Both the position numbers and the translations under genes were made by a program. A DNA stretch of 64,000 bases from the human T2T-CHM13v2.0 reference genome, Homo sapiens. The stretch's first letter is position 1; each line of letters opens with the position of its first letter. The DNA is taken from the NCBI RefSeq assembly GCF_009914755.1, contig NC_060926.1; one strand, given 5' to 3'. Shown piece by piece: positions 1 to 11,043 of the stretch. The notes below the pieces were generated by a model. That model was given only the letters and a program-made list of their open reading frames with translations, was not told the origin of the DNA and made no database searches.

Positions 1-130
1 TGCCCAAAATTTACGTCACCTACTTAATGTGGATAACATCACTGGTGTTGAGTTCAGTGTGACAACACAGCCTTGATCCCCGGAGCTACAAAAGTCCCTG
101 CTTGAGCTCTTTGCTAGGATACTTAGCCTA

Positions 131-450
131 CTGTGGGCTCTACATCTGCAGATTCAAGCAATGTAGAATGAAACGTTGCGGAATGAAAATATTCGGGAAA
201 AAAACCCAATGAAAAATAACAATGCAATGATAAAAACAATACAAATTAAAACATGCAATGTAACAACTGTTTGCGTAGCCTTTACATTGTATTATGTATT
301 ATAAGTAATCTAGAGATGATTTAAAGTGTACGGGAGGATGTTACATGTAAATGCTGTGCCATTTTAAGTAAAGGACTTGAGCATCTGCAGATTTTGGTAT
401 TTGGTGGGGGTCATGGAACCATTTCTCTAGGGATACCGAGGGATGACTGT
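131..450 (-). mobile_element. MER2 (TcMar-Tigger) non-autonomous DNA transposon
   Basis: Ends ...ggataccgagggatgactg|ta, the reverse complement of the MER2 terminus. Internal aagtaatctagagatgatttaaagt and ggacttgagcatc match MER2. Confidence 0.8.
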
Positions 451-999
451 AGTACAGGCAGGGAGAGTGTTCCGAGCAGAGCTTAAACCTCAGGGCCTCT
501 CACTTGCATTGCGGCCACATGGCTTTATGAGATTTGCGAAAGAAAGCTATCACAACCACGTCAGTTAAGATCACTACCTCTTTTCACTAGACTTTCCCAT
601 TGTCCTGCTTCCTCTTATGCTGGGTGCAGCTGGAGTGGCCATGGGCATTTTCGGCCTCTAGCTGAGGGAGTTTGTGTTGGGCTGGGTTAGGTGGGAATAG
701 TGGTATGTGTTGGTGTGGTTTGGAGTCACGCGGCATGTGGCGATTATCGCTGGCTGCAGGAGTACTCCAACCGCCCACTGTGCTGACGTGCGAACATCGT
801 GATGTGAGGTGCAGGGCCAGGGGTGGATCCTGATGCGAACCTGTCCTGTGGCACCTGACACAAGTGTGTGAGAGCTAGAAGCTAGAAACTGGGCCAGAAA
901 AGTCTTTCAGATCTTACAGCTTGTACAGTGAAGCTCAATAGAGGTTTCCTAAATTTGGCAGTAATCCCAAAACTTTCATTACTAGAAATGCCATGTAGT

Positions 1000-1483
1000 C
1001 ACATGCACATGTATGTTTATTGCAGCACTATTTACAATAGCAAAGACATGGAACCAACCCAAATGCCCATCAAAGATAGACTGGATAAAGAAAATGTGGC
1101 ACATATACACCATGGAATACTATGCAGCCATAAAAAAGAATGAGTTCATGTCCTTTGCAGGGACATCGATGAAGCTGGAAACCATCACTCTCAGCAAACA
1201 CAGGAACAGAAAACCAGACACCACATATTCTCACTCATAAGTGGGAGTTGAACAATGAGAACGCATGGACACAGGGAGGGGAACATCACATGCTGGGGCC
1301 TTTTGGGGGGCGGGGGGCAAGGGGAGGGAGAGCATTAGGACAAATACCTAATGCATGTGGGGCTTAAAACCTAGATGATGGGTCGATAGGTGCAGCAAAC
1401 CACCATGGCACATGTATACCTACATAACCTGCATGTTCTGCACATGTATCCCAGAACTTAAAGTAAAAAGAAAAAAAAAAAAA
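1000..1483 (+). mobile_element. 5'-truncated L1PA (L1PA7/8-like) 3' end
   Basis: ORF2 C-terminus MFIAALFTIAKTWNQPKCP... (ORF 1013..1240), L1 3'UTR with G-rich tract, poly(A), and residual TSD catgtagt on both sides. Confidence 0.92.
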
Positions 1484-1730
1484 CTCATGTAGTTGTGAAG
1501 CTGAAAGAACCTCTTCTAAGCTGTCAGAACAAAAGACATTTTCATTAACCATGCTAAAGGAAAGACTAAATTATTTTTTATTCTCTATAGGAATGTTTCA
1601 AAATCATTGGCATATGACAAGAAAAAGTATACAGCAAACAAAAAAGTAGAAGGTATTCTAGAGGTATGTCAGGCAGTTTAATTAATAAAAATATTGTTAT
1701 TTTGCTGGATTTTGTGATGTCAGTGCTGTT

Positions 1731-2170
1731 TGTATTAGTTTTTTTTATTACTGTATAATAATCACAAAGTTAGCAGGTTAAAACAACATACATTTGTCAT
1801 TCCATAGTTTCCATGGGTCCAGAATTGGAGCCTCAGCTGAGTCCTCTGCTCAGAGTCCCACAAGACTCCACTCAAGGTGTCAGCTGGGGCTGTGACCTCT
1901 TCTGAGGCGTGGGGGTCCTCTTCCAGGCTCCCTAATTGTTGGTAGAATTTAGTTCCTTGTGGGTGTAGGACACAGGTGCTCGGATTCTACAAGTTGCCCG
2001 CAGGCCCCTGCCATGTGCCGTCTCCATAGGCAGCTCATACCACAGTGGCTTGCTTCTCCAAGGCCGGCAGGACAGTCTCCAGCCAGCCTAGACGGTCTTA
2101 TAAAATGAAATGGAAACATGGGGGTATTCCCTTCGCCTCACTGAGAGTCACCCGGGGGTGAGATCGCTGG
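1731..2170 (-). mobile_element. MLT1 (ERVL-MaLR, MLT1E/F-like) solo LTR
   Basis: Starts tgtattagtt; contains ttaaaacaacatacattt, gtcctctgctcagagtcccacaag, tcaaggtgtcagctggggctg and ggtagaatttagttccttg. Confidence 0.75.
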
Positions 2171-2625
2171 AGTACTCATCTTTAAAACTTTATAATGGAT
2201 TATGATTTCTCATTCAATGTCAACATTTACTTTAATGTCCAGTATTACGTGTGTAATTTTGTATCTTAAGGAAGGGCCCCCATAATGAATAAGCTTCAAA
2301 CCCAAACCTGGTTATCCTCCTGGGTCATGCTCCCCATGTCTTATAATGAGACACTTTTGTGTTTGGTACCTGCTTTTCTTTATCTTATTCTGGGGGGTCA
2401 AACTGGATAAATCTAATGTAATCTGCTGAATTTCCCCAAAACGTTTTTGCATAAGAGAAGCAGGTTGGGAGATCTGCATCTGCTTTGTAGGTCTTTTGTT
2501 TGTTTTTGCTCAAAAACTTATAATTTGCTTACGAAAGCTTTTTTCTCCCCTATAACAGAGGTTGGGGAAGAGAGGGGGTGGTGAGTAGGGGAATTAGGAT
2601 TAGGGAGATAGGATTAGGGAAGTAG

Positions 2626-2842
2626 TTGTTAACAGAGGTGAGAGAGGGGGATTTTGCTTCCCCAGGGAATATTCGTAAGTGCCTGGAGACATTTTTGGCC
2701 ATCACAGCTTGGGGGAAGATGCTACCAGCATCTAGTGCGTGGAGGCCAAGGACGCACTCAGCATCCTACATCACACAGGACAGCCCCGAACAAAGTATTA
2801 GCCAGCACAAAATATCCACAATGCCACTGTTGAGAAACCTGC
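2626..2842 (+). mobile_element. MER20 (hAT-Charlie)
   Basis: gggggattttgc...tggagacatttttgg...catctagtgcgtggaggccaagga...ttgagaaacctg. Confidence 0.8.
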
Positions 2843-2952
2843 ATTAGAGGCAGAGCCGTGGCAGATCCAAGGAGAGAAGATTCCCCTACAGTGTTAGTGA
2901 TTGAGAGGCCCTGGGTTGCCAGTTCCAAGAGCAAGTTCAGATACAGAGCTGG

Positions 2953-3245
<293 letters not shown>

Positions 3246-3576
3246 GATAACAGAGCTAGCACTGCTGAGGAGACTAGGAGAGCCTGGTCTGGAGGTTTCT
3301 GGGTGTGTGTGTGTTGGGGAGGGGGGCGGGGGTGGGTAAGAGGAGGGGGCAGATGCATGCAGAAGATTCGAGAGTTTTTTCTCTTCTTTCTGTTCTCTTC
3401 ACAGAGACCAGGGAAAGCTGTGCCTGGCCTTAGTCTGTTTTTCTCATGGGCTAACATACTTGAGAACTGGAAAGTGGCAGTTATTGAAGAAATTGTAAAA
3501 TAAAATTGGGGCAAGGAAGGAATAGAAATGAAGTGATGTATGTTTGGGGGAGGAGTTCTAATCGATTTTCTAAAAC

Positions 3577-3690
3577 GGTGCTAATAGAAACTTCCATGAT
3601 GATGAAAATGTTCTGTATCTATACTGTCCAATACAAGTGGCTATTGTGCATTTGAAATGTGGCTGGTGGCTACTATATTGGACAGAATGG
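3577..3690. mobile_element. MER3-like fragment (hAT-Charlie)
   Basis: aatagaaacttccatgatgatgaaaatgttctgtatct...tgtccaata...gtggctactatattggacag. Confidence 0.6.
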
Positions 3691-3945
3691 TTCTAGAATC
3701 ATAATTTTTTAGCTCGAAGAGACCTTAGCAGTAATTGTCAAACCTAGCTGATTATAGAATTTCCTGGGAGACTTTAAAAAAAAAAAACACCTCCTGAATA
3801 ATATTGGTGGAGTTGGAGAACTGGGACTCTTTCAGTGGTGCTCTTCTGGTGGTTCTGCCGCGTGGCCAGGTGTGGCAGCTCCTGCCTGAGAGATCATCTA
3901 GTCAGGAAATTGAGCTCTGTGTTCAGGGAGGCCGGCTGTCTAAAT

Positions 3946-4147
3946 CAAGCTTGTCCAACCTGTGGCTCAGGATGACTTTGAATGTGGCCCAACACAGATT
4001 TGTAGACTTTCTTAAAACATTCAGAGATTCTTTTTGCAATATATTTTTTTAGCTCATCAGGTATCGTTAGTGTTAGTGTATTTTATGCGTGGCCCAAGAC
4101 AGTTTTTCCGATGTGGCCCAGGGAAGCCGAAAGATTGGACACCCCTG
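3946..4147. mobile_element. MER30 (hAT-Charlie MITE) with 8-bp TSD
   Basis: caagcttgtccaac...gattggacacccctg, flanked by gtctaaat / gtctaaag. Confidence 0.85.
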
Positions 4148-5084
4148 GTCTAAAGTCTCCTGCACCATTCAGACTCTTTGTTCATAGTGCATGCTTAACC
4201 CTTATTTAAAATTGTTTAGCTTATGTGATGGAATTTTCATGAAGATTAGATTATGGAAGGAGCCATAGTCCCAGAGTCTTTATTCTTGTCTAAGTTCTGA
4301 CTTTGAGAAAAATTGGAGGGAGCTGCCAGGGTGGCAGCAGTCAGATTTTAAGCTCCTTATGCTCGGCCTAACATACTCGTTTTTGCCTTTTTTGGGAGAG
4401 TAAGGTTGGGGATGGAGAGGCTTTGGCAGCAACCGTTTCAGACTTTCAGTCTCTGGCAGCTTAGAGGAAAGTCAGCTTAGAAAGAAAGGGTCCACGTGAA
4501 GTTTGTCTTAGACTCTTGGGCATCTGAAACTGAGCCATGCAGAGCTCTGCAAGGCCAGTAGGGGATACGTATGGTTCACGCTAATGGATACAAAGACTTT
4601 GTGATTTTCTGTTTCCAGCTGAGCAATGTAAATAAACATCAGGGTTGTAATGGAATGTTGGGGTAATCAGCATACTTTTCATTGAGTACAGAGGTATGTA
4701 GGTACAGCAGGACATTCTGACTTCTGTGTCAAAGGAGCCAGTGGAACTCTGGCTGGCTTTATCCTTGGAAGCTCAGAAATATACAGTTGAGATAATTTAT
4801 GGTAGAATTCAGAGATTTTCAGGGGACAGTCGTGTGTTGGATTTTTTTGGCGTGTATTTTTCTTTTTGGAAAGGAGTTAAAAGAAGGACACTTGAAAGCA
4901 CAGGCAAGTTTTCACATCTCTATTTGGAGATAATTTATTAGTACACGTTGAAGAGAACCTAATACTAAACATGTCTTAATATTTTTATTTTTGAGTAGCT
5001 GTTAACTGACAATACAAGGCTCTTTTTAACAGTCTTCCTCAAATAACCTTTAATTCACTTGGACATTTTCAATTCCATTTTTAA

Positions 5085-5730
<646 letters not shown>

Positions 5731-5765
5731 CAAAAACCCACACCACTGAAAGCCTCTTGGTACAC

Positions 5766-6140
5766 TGTGTTAGTTCATTCTCTTGATGCTGTGAAGAAAT
5801 ACCCAAGACTGGGTAGTTTATAAAGAAAAGAGGTGTATAGCCTCTTTTCTTCCACAGGGCTGGGGAGGCCTCAGGAAACTTACAATCATGGCAGAAGGGG
5901 GAGCAAACATGTCCTTCACAAGGCGCCAGGAAGAAGTGCAGAGCGAAGTGGGGAAAAGCCCCTTATGAAACCATCAGGTCCTGTGAGAACGAACTCACTA
6001 TCACAAGAACAGCATAGGGGTACCGCCCCCATGATCTCATTGTCTCCCATAAGGTCACTTCCCCAACACATTGGGATGATAATTCGGATTACAACCTAAA
6101 TGATGAGATTTGGGTGGGGATGCAGAACCAGACCATATCA
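5766..6140 (-). mobile_element. THE1 (THE1C/D-like) MaLR solo LTR
   Basis: TG...CA ends; ggaggcctcaggaaacttacaatcatggcagaagg and gatgagatttgggtgggga; 5-bp TSD tacac/tacat. Confidence 0.88.
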
Positions 6141-6208
6141 TACATCTTGCCAAATTACTTTTCAGATGAATTTTATACTTCCGTTATGAATAAGAACTCC
6201 AGTTTTTT

Positions 6209-6330
6209 GATATACCTAATGTTAAATGACGAGTTAATGGGTGCAGCACACCAACATGACACGTGTATACATGTGTAACAAACCTGCACATTGTGCATAT
6301 GTACCCTAAAACTTAAAGTATAATTAAAAA
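6209..6330 (+). mobile_element. Very short L1PA (PA4/5-like) 3' tail
   Basis: gatatacctaatgttaaatgacgagttaatgggtgcagcacacc...aaaacttaaagtataat; TSD aagaa(c/t)tccagttt. Confidence 0.88.
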
Positions 6331-6628
6331 AGAATTCCAGTTTCTCACCCTTGCAGGTGTTTGCATTAAAATTTTATACTGACAATAATATTGCCAAGTG
6401 TTCTGCTCTGTGCCTGGTTTCCTCATCTGTAAATTGGGATATCTGCCTGTATTGTTTAAAAACAAAAAATGGCAAAACAGAGCTATAAAGAACAGAAGTG
6501 TTACGTAAAATGTTGCTTCTGTAGTGTCCTGTTCATAGTGTGAAGTGCCCATATGTGGAATTTTGTTTTTTGGCAGATTTTGTTCCCCTTAAGACTTTGT
6601 TAATTACCGATAATGTTTATTTCCTCAG

Positions 6629-6837
6629 TTTGTAGAAGACTATGAACCTACCAAAGCTGACAGTTATAGAAAGAAAGTGGTTCTTGATGGGGAAGAAGTT
6701 CAGATAGATATTCTGGACACCGCTGGGCAAGAGGACTACGCAGCCATTCGAGATAACTACTTTCGGAGTGGGGAAGGGTTTCTTCTTGTGTTCTCAATCA
6801 CAGAACATGAATCCTTTACAGCAACTGCCGAATTCAG
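6629..6837 (+). CDS. RALB: RALB internal coding exon (209 nt; canonical exon 3; residues F39-R108, switch I/II)
   Basis: Acceptor ttcctcAG|TTT and donor TTCAG|GTATGT. Translates [69 protein letters not shown](R), with the Ral effector loop YEPTKAD and DTAGQ (G3). [19 protein letters not shown] is the RALB form, not RALA. Confidence 0.98.
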
Positions 6838-7304
6838 GTATGTCTGAAATGAAATAGCAGAAGCCCCCAGGAAGCTTTTTGCCTTTTCTCATATGTCTTA
6901 GGCCTATGAAGAATTTGGGGCTGAGCATACTAGGAGAGGGCTGAGCTTGTTCTCAGGAATAATTCTGTCTAAAGAATCTTCTGGGGCTTTCTGAATCTTG
7001 GCACATTATAGACTATGATGATTATAATCTCTTTGGGCTTTCCTGATCTGTGATTTCTGAATAAAATAATTTTAAGAGTCTTACTGTCCCCGAAAACAAT
7101 GAAGCTATTCCATATAATCAAGAACATATAATTTTGTTCCTATAAATACTCAGAGATTTTCATTGATAAATTAACCATCTATCCTTTAAATAATGTTACT
7201 AAAAAAAGTAGCAGGTTTAGTCTGTGTTGAAGGTTATGAAACAATGACTGGAAAGTGAAAGATGGGAGTCAAAATGACCATTTGCTGCTACTTAAGGACT
7301 TTCA

Positions 7305-7470
7305 GCACAGTGGAGGGACGAGAACGCGGCTTTAGAGTCAGGAGACCTGGTTTGAATCCCTGCCTTGCCGCTCACTGACCATGGGCAAGTTTACTTAGTG
7401 TCAGGATTTTGTTTCTTTCTCTGGAAATGCACTTGTGAGTTGAGAAATGAAATGAAAGGATGTATTAGAC
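7305..7470 (+). mobile_element. MIR fragment
   Basis: ggctttagagtcaggagacctggtttgaatccc...tgaccatgggcaagtttactta. Confidence 0.65.
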
Positions 7471-9097
7471 TGTGAATTTCATGTGGGCAAGAACCTGGCT
7501 ACCCTCCATTGTCCCCTGTCACAGTGTAGACACATGGTGCTTCCATAGTGAGTAGAATATCCATTGTTATTTATTTTAAAATATGGCAACTATTCTCCAT
7601 GAAGGTGTTAGAGAAGAAAGAAAAAGAAAATATAGCAGTGAAAAAAATACCTTCAGTTCATTTTGTTATAAAGAAATAGCCTTTTGGGCATAATTCTTAT
7701 GCTCTATAAATGTCTCTTTACCCCATGCCCTTCCCTTTCTCCTACATAATTGAGTTTTAAAAAATCTGTTCTTCTTATAAACATATCTATCTAGATGACT
7801 TTTTAAGAAGCAGATCTAGAGTTTAGTAGGGAACTGAAGAGAAAAAACCCAAAAATCAAATCAGTTTTTTTCATTCTTCAGCAAGTTCTGGTCTGACAGT
7901 AAGGTGGTCAACCAGAGGTGAAAAGGAGAAAGCTAGCTATCCTTCCAGGACTTGGATGGAAGCATCACTGAGCCAGGGAGGCCTCGGGTGAGCACAGGTC
8001 ACCCAGCAGGGCTAGTGAAAGATAATAGGGAGGTGCCTCAGTGATGCTTCATAGCTCCAGGCTTCAGAGTCGAAGACCTACTTTTCTGGAAGCAGAGTGC
8101 GTGTGGTGCAGTGACTAGTTAAGTGACTATGACTCATTATGAGAAGTTCTGTTAATTTTTAGACATTTCAGACCTTCCTAAGGGCTGCTCTGTTTGAATG
8201 TAGCCCATGTATTTATAATTGTTTGCATCTGCGTAGTCCTGTTTTTAATGCCTCATAGAGGGTAAAACAGGACAGATGCACACACTCTCTTCTTTTCTTC
8301 CCTGTCCCGAGCCTTTTGATTTCCTGTTGTTCTGTGACTTACTTAGAAGGGAAGTGGGCAGGAGAGTTCTCTGCAGAGGATATGGAGAAATACAGGTATT
8401 TCAAGTGCTCCTTGTCCTCTCCTCAGTCACCACACATGCACAGATAGCACTCGGGCGTTCTCACAGAGTTGGAGCAGGGCTCCCCTCAATGTGGAAAAGG
8501 GTTTTGGTTGTTAGGTGGAAAGAGAGATCCTTAGAAGAAAAAGGACAGATGAATACCTAAAACCAGAAAGAAGGGGAAGTTGACCTCTGCGTAGGTTTCT
8601 CATGTTGTTGGGAACAGAAGAATGCAGGTCAATTATCTGAGCCCTGTGGCTAAACTCAAGTCACTTTACTTCATGTCTGTTAGCAGTTTTAAAACAGCAT
8701 TTGTGTACTATCTTCCAAATAGAAAGGCCCCAATATAAAATGACATGTGAATATGCTGTCTTCCTTGAAACTTTTTCTGGAAAATATTTTATGAACTAAG
8801 ATAAGTTCTGTCATAAGAGACCAGAACTTGGTACTCCCATTTTTGGATCGATATGTTTATCAATGAGGTAATTTTGTGTGCCCCTGCAAGACTAATGAGC
8901 CAGAAAGCTATCAGTTTTTATTGTTCATAGTTTATAATGATCACATGACTTCAAATGTATCATGTTCTTTGACCCCAGTTCAAATGTAGGCTATAACAAG
9001 GCTACACAAAGCCAATTTCAAGCATCTTTTCATCTTTTTTAGTTTGTCTTAAAATATTTGATGTCTGGCACTTAAATTGACTACATGAAAATTTTAG

Positions 9098-9236
9098 TTT
9101 TTTTTTTTGTTTTTTTTTTTGTAGATACAAGGTCTCCCTATGTTGCCCAGGCTGGTCTTGAACTCCTGGGCTCAAGTGTTCCTCCCTCCTCAGGCTCCCA
9201 GAGTGCTGGCATTACAGATGTGAGCCACCACGCCTA
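9098..9236 (-). mobile_element. FLAM / AluJ left monomer
   Basis: Poly(T) plus gtagatacaaggtctccctatgttgcccaggctggtcttgaactcctgggctcaag. Confidence 0.85.
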
Positions 9237-10029
9237 GAAAATATTTTTATTATTGTGAAATGTTACCCTATACCATATAAAAATCAATACAGATCTCTAC
9301 AAAATACATTTTTGAAGGGGACTCTTTTTAGAATGTATTGGCATATAAAAGTAGAAATATTCTCATGGGACCAAAATAATGGAAATGGGGTATTTAATTT
9401 TTTTAAATATTTAGTTTTGATTAGTACTTTCAGATAGCTGATAATTTTTAGTAGACGTAAAATTTAATATGCTACGAGTAATGGTATTTTTGTAGAAGAC
9501 ACTTTTGAAGTACTTTTCCATAGGGCTTGTCGTATTTCCTTTCATTTTTTTCACTTTGTAGTAGAAAAATGGTACGTATTGGAATGTGATTACTGCCTAA
9601 CATATCTGTCTCGATTCTGTGGCCTATAACATTACTGTGTCTGCATGGAAACTGGGGATGGGATGACATACTTGTCGTGTACACATGCAGATCTAATCAA
9701 AACTGAAGTTTCAAAACAATACAATATTCACCTTTCCTACTTGAGATTCCCTTGGATATTTCTGATCTGGTCAGTTCTGTTCTATAATCTATTTCACTGC
9801 AGGGGGGAGAAACTGCTGGTTGCGACCCACTAGATTGGTTTTGTGATCCACTAATAGGCTGCCACCTTCCATATAGAAAACACTGGATTTCATAGCTTTT
9901 ATGTCACAAACAAATATTTTCAGGGGAATTAAGCATTTTATGGAGATAGTTCCCTTAGCTTGTTTTTATTGCAGAGATTGACCATTTTTCTTCTTTTTGT
10001 TTTTTTTTTTGTGTGTGCATAAGTTGGGG

Positions 10030-10150
10030 ACCCTGTTGTGACGTAAAATCCTGGGCTCCTATCCAGACACTTCTGTAAGACTGAGCCCAGAAATCTGCAT
10101 TTGTGATGAGCATCCCAGGGGATTCTGATGTGGGCAAACTGAGAAGCAGA
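10030..10150. mobile_element. MER5-like fragment
   Basis: aatcctgggctcctatccagac...cccagaaatctgcatt...gattctgatg...tgagaagca. Confidence 0.55.
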
Positions 10151-10334
10151 CTTGGAAAACACTTGTCTTGCTCATGACTGCCTCTAGGGAGTGCTTTCTC
10201 AGAACATGCCCTAAATCTAGTGATTTTTTTTTTTCCTTCTGCCTTAGGAAAGCCTTTTATTTTAGATGGGTTCACAAAACCAGGGTTCGTTCTTTAGTTT
10301 TTTTAGCTGCTGTATTTTTGGTGTAACACCTTAG

Positions 10335-10512
10335 GGAACAGATTCTCCGTGTGAAGGCTGAAGAAGATAAAATTCCACTGCTCGTCGTGGGAAACAAGTC
10401 TGACCTAGAGGAGCGGAGGCAGGTGCCTGTGGAGGAGGCCAGGAGTAAAGCCGAAGAGTGGGGCGTGCAGTACGTGGAGACGTCAGCGAAGACCCGGGCC
10501 AACGTGGACAAG
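10335..10512 (+). CDS. RALB: RALB internal coding exon (178 nt; canonical exon 4; G4 NKSD and G5 SAK motifs)
   Basis: Acceptor ccttAG|G and donor AAG|GTAGGC. Completes the AG+G Arg codon, then reads [59 protein letters not shown]. Overlaps ORF-track entry 10351..10617. Confidence 0.98.
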
Positions 10513-10766
10513 GTAGGCGTGAATTCTGTGTATTTCTCAGAAACAGACCTGAGAAACAGCAGAATGGAGGCATCTCATCTGCTGGGTTTTAGGGAACCAT
10601 TTATGAAAACTAGGTGAAGATTCTGATTCCTATGAATGTCTAAGCCATTATCATGATTATAATGAGAAACATTGAGAGGATGTCACCTTGTATTTCAGAC
10701 AACTCACAGAACCTTTTACTTTGTCATGAGGCTTCATTAGAGTATGCTTAATGTGTTCTTTTGGGT

Positions 10767-11043
10767 TTTTCTTTTTTGAGACAAAGTCTCACTGTGACAC
10801 CAGGCTGGAGTGGTGTGATCTCAGTTCACTGCAACCTCTGCCTCCTGGGCTCAAGCAATCCTCCTACCTCAGCCTCCCAAGTAGCTGGGACTACAGGTGT
10901 GCACCACCACACTGGCTGTTTTTTGTGGAGATGGGGTTTCACCATGTTGCCCAGGGTGGTCTCAAATTCCTGGGCTCAAGTGATCTGCCTGCCTCAGCCT
11001 CCCAAAGTGCTGGGATTACAGGTGTGAGCCACCACACCCGGCG
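10767..11043 (-). mobile_element. AluJb-like element, 255 nt downstream of exon 4
   Basis: Alu body with gggctcaagcaatcctcc / gggctcaagtgatc (J-type). Confidence 0.9.

Larger units (their letters stand above)
458..2322 (+). mobile_element. hAT-Tip100/Zaphod-like DNA transposon fossil, interrupted by L1PA and MLT1
   Basis: Left-end-like gcttaaacctcagggcctctcacttgca and right-end-like gaagggcccccataatgaataagcttca...cctg. Contains a hAT dimerisation-domain remnant SCEAERTSSKLS...TMLKERLNY at 1491-1590. Confidence 0.65.

Noticed and set aside
1013-1240. 75-aa ORF MFIAALFTIAKTWNQPKCP...
   Set aside because: It is the L1 ORF2 C-terminus of a truncated L1PA, not a gene.
6838-10334. U12-type intron, suggested by TAAC close to the acceptor
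   Set aside because: The donor is GTATGT, not GTATCCTT, and there is no TCCTTAAC branch box.
10351-10617. 88-aa stand-alone ORF
   Set aside because: It is RALB exon 4 read from an internal GTG and running past the donor into intron 4.
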